Below are positions 40,143 through 52,811 of a stretch of DNA of 64,000 bases, piece by piece. Within the stretch, counting starts at the first letter, position 1. The number at the start of each line of letters is the position of its first letter. The position numbers and the translations under genes are program-made. The notes beneath the pieces were generated by a model, which saw only the letters and a list, made by a program, of their open reading frames with translations, was not told where the DNA came from and ran no database searches. This DNA comes from Chiloscyllium plagiosum (lineage: Eukaryota), in NCBI RefSeq assembly GCF_004010195.1, contig NC_057734.1:45271605-45335604 (forward strand). The letters are read 5' to 3'.

Positions 40143-40239
40143 ACAGTACACAGTACTCCAGCTCACCAGCACCCTGTACAGCCACAGCATGGCCTCCCTC
40201 TTTTTAAAACTCCCCCCTCCATTACTGAAGGACAATGAA

Positions 40240-40570
40240 GTGCGGCACGGTGGTTAGCACTGTTGCCTCACAGTGCCAGGGATCCGGGTTTGTTTCCACC
40301 CTAGGGTGACTGTCTGCATGAAGTTTGCACATTCTCCCCATGTCTGCGTGTGTTGCCTCTTGGTGCTCTGGTTTCATCTCACAGTCCAAAGATGTGAAGG
40401 TTAGGGTGGATTGGCCGTGCTGGATTGCCTGTGGTGTCCAGGGGTGTGCAGGGTAAAATGTAGAGTAATAGGGTAGGGGAATGGGTCTGGATGGGATACT
40501 CTACAGTGGACCTGTTGGTCCGAAGGGCCTGTTTCCACACTGCTAGGATTCAATGATTCTTGATTCTATG
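40240..40570 (+). mobile_element. HE1-like V-SINE, near full length
   Basis: tRNA-like head (gtggttagcactg...gggtt), V-domain core (gtttgcacattctcccc.tgtctgcgtg), CR1-like 3' tail ending in (gattct)n. Confidence 0.85.
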
Positions 40571-41024
40571 TCTAAAAGACAAGATGCAGAGAATAATAGT
40601 GATTTGTTCTATTTCAAACCACAGAGTAGTATATAGAGGAATTTTGCAGGGATTCGTATTAGGATCACTGTTGTTTTTAATCTAGATTAATGACCTGGAT
40701 TTAGATATACATTGTATTATTTCAATAATTGCGGATAGTCCCAGACTCAAAAATATAGTAAGTGGTGTGGAGAGTATAGACTGGCCAGAGAAATGACCAG
40801 AAAGTTGACAAATAAAATTTAACACAGAAATGTGAAGAGCAACAGCTTTGTCAGAAGAATGCAAAATAGTCATATAAATTAAGTGGCACAATTATAAACG
40901 AACGTCTAGATCAGATAAGCTCAGAGGCATAGGTACATAAATCATTGAAGGTGACAGCACATGTTTCAAGCACATTATATTCTGGACCCATGAGTTAATA
41001 AACAAAGACAATGAACTATTGGAG

Positions 41025-42825
41025 GCAGATGATCGCAGGTAAAGGGACAGCTGGAAAATGGGAAGCCTTCAGAAATGAGATAACAAGAATCCAGAGAAAG
41101 TATATTCCTGCCAGGATGAAAGGGAAGGCTGGTTGGTATAGGAATGCTGGATGACTAAAGAAATTGAAGGTTTGGTTAAGAAAAAGAAGGAAGCATATGT
41201 CAGGTATAGACAGGATAGATCGAGCGAATCCTTAGAAGAATATAAAGGAAGTAGGAGTATACTTATGAGGGAAATCAGGAGGGCAAAACAGGACATGAGA
41301 TAGCTTTGGCAAATAGAGTTAAGGAGAATCCAAAGGGGTTTTACAAATATATTAAGGACAAAAGGGTAACTAGGGAGAGGACCCCTCAAAGATCAGCAAG
41401 GCGGCCTTTGTGTGGAGCAACAGAAAATGGGGGAGAATCTAAATTAATATTTTGCATCAGTATTTACTGTGGAAAAGGATATGGAAGATATAGACTGTAG
41501 GGAAATAGATGGTGACATCTTGCAAAATGTCCAGATTACAGAGGAGGAAGTGCTGGATGTCTTGAAACGATTAAAAGTGGATAAATCCCCAGGACCTGAT
41601 CAGGTATACCCGAGAACTCTGTGGGAAGCTAGAGAAGTGATTGCTGGGCCTCTTGCTGAGATATTTGTATCATCGATAGTCACAGGTGAGGTGCCGGAAG
41701 ACTGGAGGTTGGCAAACATGGTGCCACTGTTTAAGAAGGGNNNNNNNNNNNNNNNNNNNNNNNNNNNNNNNNNNNNNNNNNNNNNNNNNNNNNNNNNNNN
41801 NNNNNNNNNNNNNNNNNNNNNNNNNNNNNNNNNNNNNNNNNNNNNNNNNNNNNNNNNNNNNNNNNNNNNNNNNNNNNNNNNNNNNNNNNNNNNNNNNNNN
41901 NNNNNNNNNNNNNNNNNNNNNNNNNNNNNNNNNNNNNNNNNNNNNNNNNNNNNNNNNNNNNNNNNNNNNNNNNNNNNNNNNNNNNNNNNNNNNNNNNNNN
42001 NNNNNNNNNNNNNNNNNNNNNNNNNNNNNNNNNNNNNNNNNNNNNNNNNNNNNNNNNNNNNNNNNNNNNNNNNNNNNNNNNNNNNNNNNNNNNNNNNNNN
42101 NNNNNNNNNNNNNNNNNNNNNNNNNNNNNNNNNNNNNNNNNNNNNNNNNNNNNNTGGAGTCGCAGGTAGATAGGATAGTGAAGAAGGCGTTTGGTATGCT
42201 TTCCTTTATTGGTCAGAGTATTGAGTACAGGAATTGGGAGGTCATGTTGCGGCTGTACAGGACATTGGTTAGGCCACTGTTGGAATATTGAGTGCAATCT
42301 GGTCTCCTTCCTATCGGAAAGATAATGTGAAACTTGAAAGGGTTCAGAAAAGATTTACAAGGATGTTGCTAGGGTTGGAGGATCTGAGGTACAGGGAGAG
42401 GCTGAACAGGCTGGGGCTGTTTTCCCTGGAGTGTCGGAGGCTGAGGGGTGACCTTATAGAGGTTACAAAATCATGAGGAGCATGGATAGGATAAATAGGC
42501 AAAGTCTTTTCCCCGGGGTCGGGGAGTCCAGAACTAGAGGACATAGGTTTAAGGTGAGAGGGGAAAGATATAAAAGAGACCTAAGGAGCAACTTTTTCAC
42601 ACAGAGTTGGTACGTGTATGGAATGAGCTGCCAGAGGATGTGGTGGAGTTTGGTACAATTGCAACATTTAAGAGGCATTTGGATGGGTATATAAATAGGA
42701 AGGGTTTGGAGGGATATGGGCCAGGTGCTGGCAGGTGGGACTAGATTGAGTTGGGATATCTGGTCGGCATGGACGGGTTGGACCGAAGGGTCTGTTTCCA
42801 TGCTGTACATCTCTATGACTCTATA
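41025..42825 (+). mobile_element. Young CR1 (HER1-like) LINE spanning an assembly gap
   Basis: KSPGPDQVYPR..VPEDWRLAN before the gap; 3' end near-identical to 25292-25950 (reverse strand) after it; ctctatgactctat tail. Confidence 0.92.
41741..42154. other. Assembly gap (414 N)
   Basis: Run of N. Confidence 1.
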
Positions 42826-42947
42826 ACTGAAAGCAAGGAAGTTATCTTAACCTTTTTAAAATCATTGATTGGACAAAATATTGTTTTCAGTTTTGGCAAT
42901 CACACTTCTAAAACGATAACAAGGCTTTGAACGAGCCAACTTTTAGT

Positions 42948-43164
42948 AAGTTAAAAAGTCACTTTGGTTAAGTCACCTGTTAAACCAACAGGTTTAATTG
43001 GAAGCACACTAGCTTTCGGAGCACCGCTGTTTCGTCAGGTGATTGTGAAGGAGCGATGCTCCGAAAGCTAGTGCTTCCAATTAAACCTGTTGGACTATAA
43101 CCTGGTGTTGTGTGATTTTTAACCAGAATTACACCCTAGTCCAACACCGGCATCTCCAAATCAT
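42948..43164. mobile_element. Short palindromic Penelope-like-derived element (AGCT hammerhead family)
   Basis: TSD aacttttagt at 42938-42947 and 43165-43174. Minus strand 43041-43007 reads cac-CTGACGA-..agc ggt gct..-GAAA-G-CTA-gtg. Confidence 0.8.
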
Positions 43165-43779
43165 AACTTTTAGTCATGTAGGGAGACCAGAGAACTGGGA
43201 GATTTCCCTCTAAGAGCAGTGAAGGTTCACACAAGTTTATTAGATGTCCAAAATCATGAAGCATTTTGGTGCATAAATAAGGTAAACCTATTTCTAATGG
43301 GAAATTTGAAATGATCTGGAATGCGTTGCATAGAATGGTAATAGAAACTAAATTGGTATTAAACTTTGAAGGGAATTGTATAAGTACATGACAGGCAATG
43401 CGAAATGCAAGTATCTATATAGCTCTTTTAAGCAGCTGGCACAGGAATGATTGCAAAGTGACTTTCAGTGTCATATCGTTGTGTCTCTCTTTGTTTCACT
43501 GCCAGTTGTTCCTTGACAGGGTGACATACATTTGTGAAAGTTGGCCAAGAATTTCCTTGTGGGTTCTCTCAATTCATACCAAACTGCCACAGACACCCCT
43601 GGCAAAAAAAAATTTACTTTATTTTATCATGAAAATGGCCTTTGCCTAATACAGTTGGTGCGAGCCTCTCAGTTGGATCGTATTAGCGTCAAGATTCATT
43701 CCATGGGCTTGAACACAAAATTTATATGTGGGAGTTGCAACCCATTTGATCAGTCTTTGAACTGCAGCACAGGCCACTT

Positions 43780-44190
43780 TGCCAGGTGGAGTGAAAGATT
43801 GTAACAACACTAATCAATGAACAGGAGATGAAGACTCCACAAATATCCCCATCCTCACTGATGGAGGAGCCCAGCAAATCAGTGCAAAAGAGAAAACTGA
43901 AATATTGGCATTGGTCCTCAGCCGGAAGTGCCAAGAAGATGAGCTAACTTGACCCTCTCCTCGTGGCCCCAATAATTTCATTCACTTCACAGGATAATAA
44001 GAAATGGCTGAAGACATTGAATACTACAAATGCTATGGGCCTTGCTAATGTTCTGGCAATAGTAGTGAAGACTTGTGTTCCTAACTGTGCACTTAACCAG
44101 TTGTTTCAGTACAACTATAACATTGGCAACACAAGAAAATTGCCTAAATATGTCCTGTGCACAAAAAGAACAATAAATCCAACCCAGGTA
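43780..44190 (+). mobile_element. LINE ORF2 fragment (L2/CR1 group)
   Basis: KKWLKTLNTTNAMGLAN..VVKTC..LNQLFQY, the region preceding an RT domain. Confidence 0.6.
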
Positions 44191-44194
44191 GGAG

Positions 44195-44988
44195 CAAGTT
44201 ACTGCAGATGCTGGAATCTATACTGAAAACAAAAGATACTAGTGATTACAGGAGGTCTGGCAGTATCCATGGAGAGAGAACAAGCTAACGTTTCAATTCC
44301 AGATCTGACATGAAGTGTGGAGAGGGCAGCATTTCTGCTATAGTTGGGGGATGGGCGAATGGGAGAGAAGAATGGTGACAGAGAACGTAACAATTCAGCC
44401 AGAAGAAACAGAAGACAGTCTGTGCTTGGCATGCTGCAGTGCTCCAGTGAATCGCTGAACAAACTGGAGAACAACATCTCACCTTACAACATTCAGGACT
44501 TAATATTGAGTTCAACGCCTTCAAATTGTCAACCATTTCCCATTTCTTCCCTTTCTTTTAGCTCTAACTGTTACATTCTGTTATCACGTCCTCTCGGTCC
44601 TCCCCCCACCCCAGTGAGTCTGTCTGTCCTTTCAAATCTGACAGTTAGACACACCATTGTTCTGTCATTCTCATATTCCAATGACTTACATTCTGTTATC
44701 ACGTCCTCTCGGTCCTCCCCCCACCCCAGTGAGTCTGTCTGTCCTTTCAAATCTGACAGTTAGATTGTTCTGTCATTCTCATATTCCAATGACTTAATTT
44801 GAACTATGAATATTCTTTGTCCTCCAACACTCCACCTCCCCACACCCCACACACACACACATACACACACAAAATTAAATGCTGTCCTTTCCACACCTCA
44901 CATTAACTCGAGTGAAGAGTCATCTGGACTCAAAATATTAGCTTCCTCTCTCTTCCCATGGATACTGCTTGACCCACCGTGATCTCCA
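44195..44988. mobile_element. Inverted-repeat Penelope-like-derived element with an internal ~115-bp tandem duplication
   Basis: Same family as 34945-35990; 44571-44688 is repeated at 44686-44797. Confidence 0.7.
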
Positions 44989-45600
44989 TGAATCTCCGAG
45001 AGCTCACAATATAATAAATTTCAGTCCGAGTCAAATTCTGAAGCAGTGAATTTTATTGAAACGTTCTTGCAAGAAAAGGGGTGACTAGCAAGTAGCCACA
45101 CGATCCAGAAATTACTCCACAATTTATACAGTTTAATTCTCAGTACTTCCCCATTTACCTCATTGGCCTTCAAACCTACCGAAATTCCTTATTGTGTTCT
45201 GCCTCGACCCAGCTGTGCTCCGCCCTTGTTTACTTCTCCCCCTACTCCAAGCTGGGTGACCCTCCCCCCTATAAGTGACTTGGCTCACTTCAGTGCTGAC
45301 ATGAGGGAAATTTGCTGAGCTTGGAATATCTTGATGTTCTTTTTCAATTTATCTATTTGTCTGTAACATCTTCCATTGTTTGCAGGCATGTTCCATTCTA
45401 GTATGCACATTTTAGCTAACTCAGAAGAAACGATGTATCCCTTTACATAGTCTTCATTCTTGTATGCACATTTTAGCTAACTCAGCTCTTTGCTGAAACG
45501 ATTATACACTGGTGTAGGTTAGTTCATTCACCTTGCATAAGCAATCATTATTATCAAGAAACAGTCTGCTGTTTAGAATTTGCTTTTTAAATATCTTCCA
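44989..45600 (-). mobile_element. Possible solo LTR
   Basis: On the minus strand it starts TG and ends CA, with TATAAA (~45128-45123) upstream of AATAAA (~45058-45053). No TSD found. Confidence 0.35.
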
Positions 45601-46896
45601 TTGATTCAGTGGAAGTATCCAAAATAACATGATCACCTGGCTGGGATAGAGAGTGCTTTCCTTTTACTTTACTATTCAGTTAAGTGCACCTCAGATGTGC
45701 ACTTGTGATGCCAAAGTATACAAGCTGATAGGTTAATGCTGGAAAATGAGATTTGAATAGTAAAATGGTGCTGTTGACCAGCACAAATGCATTTGGTGAA
45801 TGGGCCTTTTTCTGTTCTGTAGGTTTTTCAGATTCTATGATTCTAAGTGAAATCCCCACTTTTGGTATAATGGGATGTTTGTTCTCAAAACGTTAATAAA
45901 AATTACAGAAGAAAATAACAAGAATAAAAATATCCAAAGTGTACAGAACGTTTTGGGAAATGGAAAAATAGAGTTAGGCTATTCCAGCACATTATTACCT
46001 TCCAGATATCACACCCAGGTGTTTACAACACCTACACTAAATAACTGTATACATTCATATACAGCCTTTCAGCTGTTCAACTCTTTAAGAAGCATAGTTG
46101 TTGTCACAGAGTCATCCAGAATGGAAATCGACCTTTCGGTCCAATTCATCCATGCTGACCATGTTTCCAAACTATAGGAGTCCCACTTGGCATCGAAGAT
46201 TGAACCCAGTATGTGGAAAGAATGCACCATTTTTTCTGGGCAAATGACACTGGGGCAGACAAAAACAACAAGCAATTCTCTTGACAGCATGTAGACCCAC
46301 AGCTTTTTTGGTTATTGGGAGCCTAACATTGCCTGAGGCACCAGATATTAAAACCTTTCAAAAGTTGACAACTTTAGTTCAGGAATATTATGACTTCAAG
46401 CCTCTTCTAACTCTGAGATGCTATCACTTTTACTCTGCATTTCAAGTACGGGGGAACCATATTGGGATTTTTGACGAGGTTAAGATAACTGGCAGAGGCA
46501 TGTGATTTTGGTTTAACCCTAGATGAGTTGCTGAGAGACCATTTGATATGAGGGATTAATGATGTGACCATGCAGAAGTGCCTACCAGCTGAAAACCAAC
46601 TGAACTTCAAACAGGCACTACTACTAGTTTTGTCATTAGAAAATGCAACAAATGGAGCTCATGAGTTGCAGAGCATTCTGAAGGACATGTATACCCTTGG
46701 CAGGGTGACTGAGCATGAATGCAAACAGTTGCATAGCCTCACTCAGGACGTATCCTGAACAGAAGGACTCTAGGTCAGCCTACAATAAAACCCCAAAATA
46801 AAGCCATTCCTCAGTCAAATGGTTAAAATTTTCTTCAGGATCTGGGCCACAGGCCATTGTAGTTACTGCCGGTATGTGGATTCAAGATAGCAAAAG

Positions 46897-47119
46897 TTGA
46901 AACTTTATTGCTGGAACAGCACAGCAGGTCAGGCAGCATCCAGGGAACAGGAGATTCGACGTTTCGGGCACAGGTCCTTCTTCAGGAATCATTCCTGAAG
47001 AAGGGCCTGTGCCCGAAACGTCGAATCTCCTGTTCCCTGGATGCTGCCTGACCTGCTGTGCTGTTCCAGCAATAAAGTTTCAACTTTGATCTCCAGCATC
47101 TGCAGACCTCACTTTCTCC
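46897..47119. mobile_element. Young near-perfect palindromic Penelope-like-derived element
   Basis: 97-bp arms (46893-46989 / 46991-47087) with 1 mismatch and a 1-nt spacer; perfect 15-bp TSD TCAAGATAGCAAAAG at 46882-46896 and 47120-47134. Confidence 0.92.
46991..47026 (+). ncRNA. Minimal type I hammerhead ribozyme motif
   Basis: ATTC-CTGAAGA-a-GGGC-ctgt-GCCC-GAAA-C-GTC-GAAT: intact core and fully paired helices I and II. Confidence 0.82.
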
Positions 47120-47327
47120 TCAAGATAGCAAAAGACATCCCACCAGGTCTGAATTGAGTAAGAAAACTCAGAGATCAGTATCCAGGAGACTGCAGGAACT
47201 GGAACAGTTCAATTGTTTAGCAACATCTAAATCTGAACCAATCAAAATAAACATCTGGTTAAATGGTCACCAGGTTCTCATGGCAGTTAATCCCAGTGAT
47301 GCAGATCCTGTCTTGACCAAAATTCAA

Positions 47328-49243
47328 ATAGTCTTCAGGTACCTTGGATGAGTATGCCACCACCATCACAGACTTTATCAGCAAGTGTGTGGAGGACTAC
47401 GTACCAAAGAAGTCAATCCAGGTGTTCCCCAATAGGAAACCTTGGATGAATCAGGACACACAGAACCTGCTAAAAACCGAGCATGAGTCCTTCAATCAGG
47501 AGACCCACTCAAATATGAGGAATCCAAGTATAACCTTTGCAGAGCCATTAAGACAGCCAAGGACCAATACTGATCCAAACTAGAGACCCTGATGGACACC
47601 TGGCAACTATGGCAAGGACTGAATGACATCACAGGTTCTAAAAAGAGACAGTGCAAGGTAGCAGATGATGACATATCCCTCCCAGATCGTCTCAACGCCT
47701 TCTATGCTCGCTTTAAACAAAATTTCGGCCAAGAGGTAACACCTATTCCGACAAGTCCTGATGAACCTATCCCAACAGTTACTACATCAGAGGTCAGATC
47801 AGTTTTCCTTCGTGTGAATCCAAGGAAAGCGATGGGACCAGATGGAGTATCAGGCTGTGCACTCAGAGCACGCACAGATCAACTGATCAAGAGGTCTTCT
47901 CAGACATCTTCAACCTCCCCCTGCAGCAGGCCACTGTCCCTGCTTGTTTCAAGAGGCCAACATCATCCCTGTGCCTGAGAAGGCTCATGCAGCATGTCTC
48001 AATGACTACCGCCCAGTGGCCCTAACTTTGGTGGTGATGAAGTAAGTGCTTTGAAAGGCTAGTCATGGTAGTAATCAACTCCAGCCTTCCCACTACTCCA
48101 GGTCGCCTATTGGACTGACAGATCCATGTCCAATGCCATATCACTTGCCCTTCACTCAACCCCAGAACATCTTGATGCCAAGAACAGCTACGTAAGTATC
48201 CTACTCATTGACTACAGTTCATCCTGCAACACTATTATCGCCTCGAGACTGATTACTAAGTGTAGTGATCTCGGAATAAGCCCCACTCTCTGCAACTGGA
48301 TCCTCAGTTTCCTGACCCACAGGCCACAATCAGTGAAAATTGGAGACAATATTTCATCGTCACTACCACTCAACACTGGAGCCCCCCAGGGGTGCGTACT
48401 CAACCCCCTACATTGACCATGCAGAAGTGCCTACCAGCTGAAAACCAACTGAACTTCAAACAGGCACTACTACTAGTATACCCATGATTGCGTCGCCAAA
48501 CACCAGACTAATGCCATTTACAAGTTCGCTGGTGACACCACCATAGTCGGTCAAATCTCAGACAGCGATGAAACAGACTACAGACGGGAGGTGGGAAGAC
48601 CTGGAAAAATAGTGCACTGAGAACAACCTAGCTCTCAATGCTGGCAAAACCAAGGAACTCATTATTAACTTTCGGCAGGATGTTACTCATGCCCCCCCTA
48701 CACATTAACAGCACAGAGTTGGAACGAGTGGAGAGTGTCAAGCTCCTGGGAGTGGTCACCCACAACAAGCTTTCTTGGACTCTTCATGTGGACACATTGG
48801 TTACAAATGCCCAACAATGTCTCTTCTTCCTCAAGCAGCTGAGGAAATTTAGCATGACGGCAAATATCCTTGCCAACTTTTATAGGTGCGCCATCAACAG
48901 CATTCTGTCTGGATGTATCACTACCTGCTATGACAACTGTACCATTCAAGATCGGAGACGGATACAGAGAGTGGTGAACTTGGCCCAGACAATCACAAAG
49001 GCCAACCAAGAACACACACACCAGCCAATTTCGCAACAGTTTCTACCCTACTGCTGTTGAATACTGAATGGACTCACAAACCCCTAACGTTCGCCTGTAC
49101 CTGTGTTTTTGTTTTTGCCACTAATTACCTATTATTTACTATCTATGCTACTTAACTATGTGATCTGCCTGTATTGCTCGCAAGATAAAGCTTTTCACTG
49201 TGCCCTGGTACATGTGACAATAAATTCAACTCAATTCAATTCA
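47328..49243 (+). mobile_element. Rex1/Babar-type LINE, 5'-truncated, inserted in the Gypsy protease region
   Basis: FPNRKPWMN, KAMGPDGV, NDYRPVALT, GAPQGCVLNP, KFAGDTT motifs; tail aataaa(ttcaa)n. Confidence 0.85.
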
Positions 49244-51082
49244 CTCTGGAATCCAACCCTTAAGTTTTCATAAGACCTCGGCCAGGCTGAGAACCTGTAT
49301 GGGGAACCTTTAAAGAGTAAGGATGCAACTTTAGTCCTAGTCTCTTCTGAGAAGCAGCTTGTTCAGTTACCACTGATTGTCATAAAAGGCTCAGGCCCAA
49401 GCCTGATGGGATAAAATTGGTGGAGAAACATTCAACTTGATTGGCTCAAGATTTTTCAATTAGAAAATGGCTGCCTGAGTGAAATCTTAATTATAGTTTT
49501 CTGGAAAGCCCAGGGATATCAAAGGAGGCAAGGCCACCTTACACGTTGACCAGGAAGCAATTCCATGATTCTGCAAGCACCAAGCAGTGCCATTTGCCTT
49601 ATGTGGAAAAGTAGAGGTAGAATTCAGGAGTAAACCACTTTTTGCAGCTGCATAAATACCCAATCCCTTGGATAGAGGACTTATATGTAAAACTGGCAGG
49701 GGAATTGTCCTTCACGAAGCTGGACTTGAGCCATACATATCTGCAATTATGATTAGATGAGGATTCCCAGAAGTATGCTCCAATTAATAGCCATAAGGGT
49801 TTATACCAATGTATAAGACTGCCTTTGGGATTTTATCAGCCTGTGGCATTTTCTGGTCGACAATGGAGAACATTATACAATGTCTATCCGAGGTGCTAAT
49901 AACCAGGAAGACCAATAAAGGGCATGTAGAGAACTTGGACAGGTTGCTTAAACGTTTCTCCGAGTTGGGTGCACGCCTTAGGAGGGAAAACTATGTGCTC
50001 CAGGCACCCCAAGAGACCTACTTAGGCAACAGAGTCGACAGACCAGGTTATACCCCTTGGACGATGAAGTGAGGGCAATCAAAAATGTTCTGGCTCTCAC
50101 TTCTGTACCATGGCTTAGGTCTTTCTAGGATTTGTGGGTAAATACAAAGCTTCATACATAACCCAGTCTCCATCTTGGCAGCCTTATACCCGCTATTGTA
50201 AAACGGACAGTCTTGGAAAAGCTCTTGTAGCCAAGAAGTAGCCTTTAAGGAAGTGAAGCAGCTTCTATCCTCATCCAAGGTATTGGCACATGACAATCTC
50301 AAGTGAGGTGTGGTGCTGACATGCAATGCCTCCCCATATGGTATCAGGGTAATGTTGGCTCACCGGTGATGTAGCAGTGGAGGAATGCCTGATAACGCAT
50401 GCTTTCTGGACTTTGGCTGATGCTGATGAAAAGTTTATGCTTGAAATGTCGACTCTCCTGCACTTCAAATGCTGTCTAACCAGCTGTGGCCTTCCAGCGC
50501 CACACTCTTTGACCCTGAATGAAAATATCTCCAGATAAAGATGGAAGGTTTGGCAGCCATTTTTGGTGTACAAACGTTCCACCAATAACTTTGTGGATGT
50601 AAATCTGTAATAGTAATGGACCACAAACTCCTGCTAGGGTTACTCAAACAGGACAGGCCTGTGCTGCCCATAGCTTCCGGTGAAATTCAGCGGTGGATTC
50701 TTATTCTGAGAAAGTACAATTTCAAATTGGAACACTGTCCAGGAGGCCAAGTGACAAATGCAGATGTCTTGAGGGACTTCCCACTGGCGGGTATATCACC
50801 AGTTGCACCACCACTAGAAGAGTCCATTCTGATTTTAACCTTTCTGGACACCCTTCTGGTCACTGCTGACAATATCAGACCATGAAGACAAAAAGATCCC
50901 ATTCTGGCAAAACCAGAACAGCTACTGGTGATGGGGGAAACAAAAGGGCTGTCACAATTAGGATTAAAACCTTTCTGGACCTGGTGAGACTAAATCAGTG
51001 CAGAGGATGGTATATTACTATGGGGAGCAAGAGTGATTGTCCTGAGCAAAGGTTGCTGCCAGATATTGGCTGAAATCCACCA

Positions 51083-52516
51083 AGGTAAAAACAATGACTG
51101 CAGATGCTGGAAACCAGATTCTGGATTAGTGGTGCTGGAAGAGCACAGCAGTTCAGGCAGCATCAAAGAAGCAGCGAAATCGATGTTTCGGGCAAAAGTC
51201 CTTCATCAGGAATAAAGGTAGAGAGCCTGAAGCATGGAGAGATAAGCTAGAGGAGGGTGGGGGTGGGGAGAAAGTAGCATAGAGTACAATAGTCTCTTTG
51301 TTGGCTATGTAGAACAGTTGATCTTCCGTAATTACACCGGCACCACTCGCCACCTTTTCCTCCGTTACATTGATGACTGCATTGGCGCCACCTCGTGCTC
51401 CCGCGAGGAGGTTGAGCAATTCATCAACTTCACCAAAACATTCCACCCTGACCTTAAATTTACCTGGACCATCTCTGACACCTCCCTCCCCTTCCTGGAC
51501 CTCTCCATCTCCATTAATGACGACCAACTTGCCACGGACATTTTTTACAAACCCACCGACTCCCACAGCTACCTGGATTACACCTCTTCCACCCTACCTC
51601 CTGCAAAAATGCCATCCCATATTCCCAATTCCTCCAACTCCGCTGGATCTGCTCCCAGGAGGACCAGTTCCACCACAGAACACACCAGATGGCCTCCTTC
51701 TTTAGAGACCGCAATTTCCCTTCCCACGTGGTTAAAGATGTCCTCCAACGCATCTCGTCCACATCCCGCACCTCCGCCCTCAGACCCCACCCCTCCAACC
51801 ATAACAAGGACAGAACGGCCCTGGTGCTCACCTTCCACCCTACGAACCTTCACATAAACCAAATCATCCTCCGACATTTCCGCCACCTCCAAAAAGACCC
51901 CACCACCAGGGATAGATTTCCCTCCCCACCCCTTTCCGCCTTCCGCAAAGACCNNNNNNNNNNNNNNGGACGTCTCATAGCAGAGCACTTTAGGGAACAT
52001 CTCTGGGACACCAGCACCGATCAACCACACCGCCCTGTGGCCTAACATTTCACCTCCCCCTCCCACTCTGCCAAGGACCTAGAGGTCCTGCGCCTTCTTC
52101 ACCGCCGCTCCCTCACCACCAGAAGCCTGGAGGAAGAATGCCTCATCTTTCGCCTCTGAACACTTCAACCACAGGGCATCAATGTGGACTTGAACATTTT
52201 CCACATTTCCCCTTCCCCCACCTCACCCCAGTTCCAAACTTCCAGCTCAGCACTGTACCCATGACTTGTCTTACCTGTCTATCTTCATTTCCACCTCTCA
52301 ACTCCACCCTCCCCCCGACTGCCACCTTCATCCCCTCCCCCACTCACCTATTGTACTCTGTGCTACTTTCTTCCCACCCCCACCCTCCTCTAGCTTATCT
52401 CTCCACACTTCAGGCTCTCTGCCTTTATTCCTGATGAAGGGCTTTTGTCTGAAATGTCAATTTCGCTGCTCCTTAGATGCTGCCTGAACTGCTGTGCTCT
52501 TCCAGCACCACTAATC
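51083..52516 (+). mobile_element. Penelope-like element (RT + GIY-YIG remnant) with ~170-bp inverted terminal arms, inserted in Gypsy integrase
   Basis: LRYIDDCIG (RT catalytic motif), LPFLDL, FYKPTDSHSYL; 51122-51291 is the reverse complement of 52348-52516; duplication ctgaaatccacca(aggt) at 51070-51086 and 52517-52533. Confidence 0.92.
51954..51967. other. Assembly gap (14 N)
   Basis: Run of N. Confidence 1.
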
Positions 52517-52614
52517 CTGAAATCCACCAAGGTCATCCAGGGATTTCCAAAATGAAGATGTCGGTGAAAAGTTCTGTCTGGTGGCCAAGATTGGATACCA
52601 ATGTAGATGGTAGT

Positions 52615-52811
52615 CCAAAGTTGTGAGAAGATTTGTAGCTCGGGTGCTCGTTGTTGTGGTTCTGTTCGCCAAGTTGGGAATTTGTGTTGCAGACATTTCG
52701 TCCCCTGTCTAGGTGACATCCTCAGTGCTTGGGAGCCTTCTGTGAAGCGCTTCTGTGATGTTTCCTCCAGCATTTATAGTGGTTTGTCTCTGCCACTTCC
52801 GGTTGTCAGTT
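52615..52811 (-). mobile_element. Penelope-like 3' terminal fragment with hammerhead motif
   Basis: 17-bp TSD ccaatgtagatggtagt at 52598-52614 and 52812-52828. Minus strand 52728-52689 reads GCA-CTGAGGA-t-GTCaCC-tagaca-GGgGAC-GAAA-t-GTC-TGC. Confidence 0.75.

Noticed and set aside
40240-40315. tRNA gene
   Set aside because: tRNA-like SINE head continuing into V-SINE core; no full cloverleaf.
41469-42297. Long ORFs of 188-234 aa
   Set aside because: Read-through of the N gap within a CR1 copy.
46893-47087. Palindromes as pre-miRNAs, CRISPR repeats or MITEs
   Set aside because: Dispersed copies with long TSDs, a one-sided tail and sequence identity to Penelope-like termini; no repeat-spacer array.
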